Part shown: in pieces, positions 57,501-64,000 of the stretch | How the letters are laid out: each line of letters opens with the position of its first letter | How positions within the stretch are numbered: position 1 is the first letter of the stretch | DNA from: the human T2T-CHM13v2.0 reference genome, Homo sapiens | Length of the DNA: 64,000 nucleotides | Assembly (NCBI RefSeq): GCF_009914755.1 | Contig: NC_060930.1 | Strand: one strand, 5' to 3' | Notes under the pieces: generated by a model | The model's input: the letters and a program-made list of their open reading frames with translations, nothing else | The model's database searches: none | What the model was told of the DNA's origin: nothing | Position numbers and translations under genes: made by a program

Positions 57501-59832
57501 TCCTTAACTCTACTTTAGCTGGGAAAGAATGCAAATTAAATATTCTTTACTAGAAAGAATGGGAGGGGGGACAAGTGAAGGAGAAAAAAGAAAAAAAAAG
57601 CACAGGAGCACAGTGGAGCCACGAAGTTCCCTCAGGTGGCTGGCTAACTAGCTTGGCTCTTTGTGTAGACACTGTCTGCCTGTGGGATGGAGCTAAAAGA
57701 CAGAAGAATGACAGTCTGGAGGAAGAAAGAAGACAGTAATTATGGGATGTGTGCGATTAGTGCGGTAGCCAGAGAAATTAAGCCACAAGTCCTAGGAATC
57801 TTCCTTTCTGTATGGTACCTGCAGAGGAAGAGAAAAGACCTCACTACAGAGTTCAGTTGGAATCTACTCCCTGCCAGCTCAGCTTGATTGCTTTCTGGGT
57901 TACCTACTGTGGAGGTTCAGCAGCTCGACCTTCCTTTCAGTAGAGCTATATTGTCCTGCTCTGAAAAAAGGCAGATTAAGAATTTACAGGGATCCCTCCA
58001 TCACTGGTCTCTGACAGGAACACTCAGGGAGCTGATTTTTCATGGTTCAATTTGCCTGTGGTCAAGATTCTTATCAAAATGTATTCTGTTAATGTAAAGT
58101 GCCATTGCAGTTTTAAGAAATATCTAACTTTCTATTAAACTTTCTCATTTCTTTACTCTTCATCCTTTTGTTTTAGTGTTGGAATTCTTCCCTAACTACT
58201 TTTTTATTATTATTGTTATACTTGGAGGAATGTTTGCATTTAAATTCAGGTTTATAGGTGAAGAATAAATCATGTCAGTTGAGAAGTTTATAATTATTTT
58301 GTAGGTAGGTAAACTGTATTCTAACTGCCCTGAATCTGAGATATTCCCAGCTATAATTCAGATCATCCTTCAGTTGTCTATTTTGATTTAAATGTCTTAA
58401 TTAAAAACTGTATGTTTGCAGAATTGAAAAGGACTCTTTGTTAACATGAAAGCTATTTCATTTTGTCAAGCCAAGAAGAAACAAAAGATATTCAATCTCT
58501 TCTTAGTTTAATACATATTTTTGAGAGCTGTTTCAAATGGAGGAGGGAAGAGGTTAGTCAGATTTTGAGCCAAGAATCTTTTCAGCCTCTGCATGTGTAT
58601 TATCTTAGATAGTTCTGATTAGGTCTGAATATTGCTATCATTTTTATTGCCTCTTTTTTTATTATAAGTGACTTGATATTAACCTTTTTAGCATGTATAA
58701 TTCTATTAATATCTCTGCTAAAAATTTGAGGTTATGCTGGTAAATGAAATAATTGTACTATACTTGGTTTTGTGACTTCAAAAACAAGAGGTTCTTTAAT
58801 GCTGTATGTTTTGTTAACAGGGCAAGTAAAAAACTGGAAATCACATTTATTCTACTAGAGATGAGAAAGCTTAGCAGATGTACTGTAATGATTTTCCAGG
58901 AGGAGGAAAGTAAACATCTTTGTCTCCTATTCAGATTAGTTTCACCTGGCATAGTCAGACTCGGCGCAGAGGCCTTCACTAGCTCACTCAGCAACAATGC
59001 CTCTTGCCTATTTGTCATGTTTGATATAATAATTTTTGATGCATTGTATTTTGTTATATATTTTACATCTTCAAAATAAGTAGTTTTGAGAGTTACTCAT
59101 TGAAGCCCATTTGTTTAAAATGTTCAATATAAAACATACATATGCTACTGTTCTATGTAGGCCTACCTTATTCTGGAAGGATCTATGTCATGTTCTGTCC
59201 TATTACAAGATCCTTAAAAAAGATCTTCATCCCTATTACTAGACTCTGGTAATGTAGGGTCTAGGAAATGTACTTTGGAAATGCAGAATGATGATTCCAT
59301 TGCCCTACCATGTCTTATAGCAGCTTATCTCTTTAATCCTCATTCTCCTCCTCACAATCTTATAGAAATAAAAGTGAGGAAGACTGACGTATTGTTTGAT
59401 ATCTCTGAATGACTTTATTTTTAGAGCTATTTATTAGTGGTTTATAATAACTTCAAATGAAATATATGTATTCTTCATTTTAGTTATTTTCTAATATTCA
59501 AATAACAATATATCTGAGAAATGCAATATGCATTCTCAATAAGTAACATTATTTTTTTGCAACAAAACTCTGTCAATAGGTCAGGCTATCCTTCTCATTA
59601 CCCTCTAGCAGGCAGATCTTCTAAGACCTTACTCTTTTTAGTGGAAAATTTTCAATTTTATTCTCTTGATATTATTAGAAAATTTTCCAAAACATCCAGC
59701 TATGGCATTCTTCTAGTAATGATTTCTTAAATGGGATGGATGTGGTGGGGAATCTAAAAAATAAGAGGAGAGGATAAGATTTGAAACTGAAAGTGAGTTG
59801 GTTGTAGTATATCCCATTAAGAAGACAAAATA

Positions 59833-60123
<291 letters not shown>

Positions 60124-62204
60124 GAAAAGGAAAAATAAATAAGGTGGTTAAAAAGACCAAAGTGACTTGAAGACATCTATCTGATGCTAAAGGATCATGT
60201 TGGGAAAACTATCCAAAAATCATGTTAGAAAAAGTTATAGGAAATGATCAATTGGCTAGAAAAAAGAAAGGTGAATGAATTGCTGCCAAGGCTAAGTGAA
60301 GGATGACTATCAGCTCCAGGTTAATTAGCTGGGACAGACAACTATGTTGAGATGCACAACGTCAAAGAGAGTACTGAGCATGTTGTGATGTTACCACTGT
60401 ACAGCAGAGTGTGCTAGAATGATTAGAACCAAACTACACAGTAAGCTGAGGTCTGTGATAATGTAGTAAGCAAGGAAATAAAAAGAGACAAGGGAGAAAA
60501 GGACAAATAAGGAAACTGGCTGTTGATAGCTTGCACACACTTGTATGCCATAAGGACCTTTTGAAGTTGCAGCAGAAACAGTCCCTGTGGAACAATGATA
60601 ACAGGAGAGACAGACATTGATGTGTAAATTACATCATCACCCAAAGCCACTTCCACTCAAGCAGAGTCCCAGATCATATTGGGGTTCAAAGGGACTCTAA
60701 TCTTACCCTACTCATTTTTTTTTTCTCCTAAACTCTTGCCAGAAATGAGGGAAACACAGAGATGCTTGTTCATGTTAGCTTTTCTGACTTGACCTGGAAA
60801 CTGAGAGTCATGTAACAAGACAAGGGCTGCCCGGAGTTCACAGATTTAAGGATCAAGTTTGTGAAGACATTGGCTTAGATAAAAGGACAGTAGTTAACAT
60901 TAACATTACATAAGCTTGAACAACTATCTCAAGAGATATCCAGTACTTTGAGAGAAACAAGAAATTGTATCAACAGTTTATAAATAAATGTGAATTTATA
61001 ATAATACGGCTAGAACTGTCTGTGAAAGGAAAAAGGCTGACCTTTCTGTCTTGAAAAATATTTTTCTTTTCTGAATAATTTAGGGCTGGACAATTTGATC
61101 TTTTATAGGTCATACTAATCAACATTTTGCTATTCTTCACTAGACTAGCTTGTTTAGCAATATGAGGAGGGTGCCTCCACTTTCTGAGGGCCATTAGAAT
61201 TCCTAGGGATAATCATTGTTCAAAGAACTGGATATTAATGATAGTTTCACATAACATTATATATAGTATAAATAACATGCCTACTCACTGAGAGTGGTAC
61301 AGAAATCAAGAGTCATGAAACCCAGTACAGGAAAATTAACATTGAAAGTACAAATCAAACAATGATATGGCCAAATGTTATCCCCTGTAATAAGAACCAT
61401 AGATTTGAAAAGTCCCTAAATTCAAATGATAAAGCCTTTTCTCAGTATAAAGTGTTTATATAGCACAAGCTAATTAGTATTAGAAATATCTGCTTTATTT
61501 CCTTTTCTCTGAAGCTTAGACATCTATCTGGGAGGAGGCTGAGTACATCAAGTGTTCCTTTCAGTGTAAGCAATAAGTAGTTCACTTCCTGTACTTTCCA
61601 TGAACTTTGTAATGGTTAAATAAAGCTATATTCAACATGAACTTGTGAATACCTCCCTTTTAATTTTTTTTTTTTTTGGCTAGGATTGAAACTTCAGTAT
61701 AAAATAGAAACTAGTTGACTTTCTGTTCTAATACCATAACAGATTCTTTAGTAGGGTGGTAATATTAATCAGATGTGGCAAATTATTACCATTAAAAGTT
61801 AAGTGAGAACTTTGTCACTGTAGAATGTTGTATTAGGTTCATGCTGTTACATATTCCTCAGCTGTTAAAATATTGTAGGATATTTGTGGAGGTCTTTAGA
61901 AAACTTTTTACAGTAATTATTTAAATATTAGGCTGGCTTTAGTTTATTCAGTGAGAGTCTCTAGACTGCTGTCCTTGGTTATATTCTGAAGAAGACTTTG
62001 CCCTATAAAGTGAACATGTTTATATATGCTAATTTGAAATGGGTATATGTTTGGCCAGAATTCTGCCTGGCAATTTGACAGTAAGATAAATGCAAGACAC
62101 AAGGTTCATGTGTAACAACAGGTGAAGAAAGAGATTAAAAGGGGAAGTTGAAAGTTAGCATAGAGTAATTGGAGGAAGCTAGCTTTGATAAGTCACAAAG
62201 GAAT

Positions 62205-62680
62205 TGTATTAGTCAGGGTTCTCAGGAGAAGCAGAGGCAATAGGATATATAGATATATAAGAGAAAATATAGGAATTGGTTCTTACAGATATGAAGGCCA
62301 GTGAAGTCCCATGGTATGTCATCTGCAAGCCAGAGATCCAGGAAAGCTTGTGTAATTCAGTCTGAGCCAGAAGGCCTGAGAAACAAGAGTTCTGATGTCT
62401 GAGGGCAGGAGAAGGTAGATATCCCAGCTTAAGGAGAGAGAGAGAAAAAAATAAAAAATAAAAGAAAATTCACATTTCCTCCACCTTTTGTTCTATTTGG
62501 GCCCTCAACAGATTGAATGATGACCACTCTTATTGGTGAAGGTGATATTCACTCAGTCTACTGATTCAAATGTTAATCTCTTCTGGAAATAGCATCACAG
62601 ACACACCAGGAAGTAATGTTTACCAGCTATCTAGCCTCGCCTTAGCTGAGTCAAGTTGAAACATACTATCAACCATTACA
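62205..62680 (-). mobile_element. MLT2 (ERVL) solo LTR, MLT2B/C-like
   Basis: TGtattagtcagggttctc...caagttgaaacatactatcaaccattaCA; TSD GGAAT / GGAGT. Confidence 0.88.
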
Positions 62681-63004
62681 GGAGTGATGTGTGCAAACAT
62701 GCTCCCTTGCCTCTCCCACTTATGCCTTCACCCTTTGACTGGCACTATCTTAGCTTCTGTATCATCTTTTGCATTTTTCCTGTTAATGAGCTTATCCATG
62801 ATACTGCTACTTCCAGGATATTCTCCCACTCTCTCTTCCCATTGACTCTCCTTTACTCTCCTTCATCTGTGTTCTGCCAGATTTAATCCCTAAAACATTC
62901 CTTGAATCCCTATACACATCTCCAAGTCTTCTCTCAGTGCCTTAATTCAGCTACATCTTTCTCTTCTTGTCTAGGCAAAGTTAGTTGAGCCCTAGTCTCT
63001 CTAT

Positions 63005-63457
<453 letters not shown>

Positions 63458-63529
63458 TAAGACCCTCCATAATCTGGTTATTGCAATCATTCTAGCCTCA
63501 TCTCTGCCTACTCCCCGCCTTCAAATGTC

Positions 63530-63730
63530 CCTGCTTGCAAAACACTTCTCTGCAGGGCATAGATAGATAAATAATTGAAGTGGGCTGGGTGGAAGAAACA
63601 GGGAGTTGTGGGAACTGTGGCACTCTGAAATATACAAGGCCCACCTAAAGAATTCAACTTTATTTGTATTAGGGCAATAAGACATGTCTTCAGGACAAGT
63701 GGGCCCTGGATTATCTGTTTATGACCTGTG
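63530..63730. mobile_element. MER102-like hAT-Charlie element
   Basis: gaagtgggctgggtggaagaaacagggagttgtgggaactgtggcactctg...cccacctaaag. Confidence 0.6.
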
Positions 63731-64000
63731 CTAGCAGCATGAAATATTTGCCCGTTCTGGCATCATGGTATTCTTTTTCCTTCCACAAGTCATTTGCTCA
63801 TGCTGTTCTCCTCTGACGGTAGTGCTCATCCACAGTATTTTCCCTCTCACTTACCTCATCCTTCTCAAGTTAGCCTCTTCTCTTACTTAAGATTCAAACC
63901 AAATAGTAGTCATCTTCTTCAAAAATCCATTCATGATCCCTATTTATTTCCTACATGTTTCTGTAAATTTTCTATAGCACCTTCTGTGTTTATTTTAATT

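Noticed and set aside
58753-59079. Overlapping 108-aa and 86-aa ORFs in unique DNA
   Set aside because: No recognisable domain, non-ATG start for the longer one, partly MIR-like; within chance expectation

Overview
AT-rich primate (human-like) genomic DNA made mostly of transposable-element fossils. I can support no intact protein-coding gene, RNA gene or CRISPR array, and nearly every ORF in the track is a repeat-derived or low-complexity artefact. Recognisable elements are: THE1D and THE1A MaLR proviruses, MSTD, MLT1 and MLT2 solo LTRs, and many L1s (L1ME to L1PA10, several internally deleted). There are also eight Alus, MIR/L2/L3(CR1) relics, Tigger and MER102 DNA transposons, a full-length Hsmar1 mariner and a rare SVA2 3' end. 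The main oddities are: (1) a HERV-K(HML-3) 5' LTR-PBS-gag start fused directly to a near-full-length L1PA8-11; (2) three independent short segments copied in direct orientation from 1.2-1.6 kb away; (3) an apparent L1 3' transduction; (4) a perfect 71-bp tandem duplication next to a candidate splice acceptor in a unique island with possible exons (10.5-11.7 kb); (5) a closely spaced inverted AluY pair. Subfamily names come from remembered consensus sequences, not a database search, and boundaries of old elements are approximate. I found no convincing new multi-gene system.
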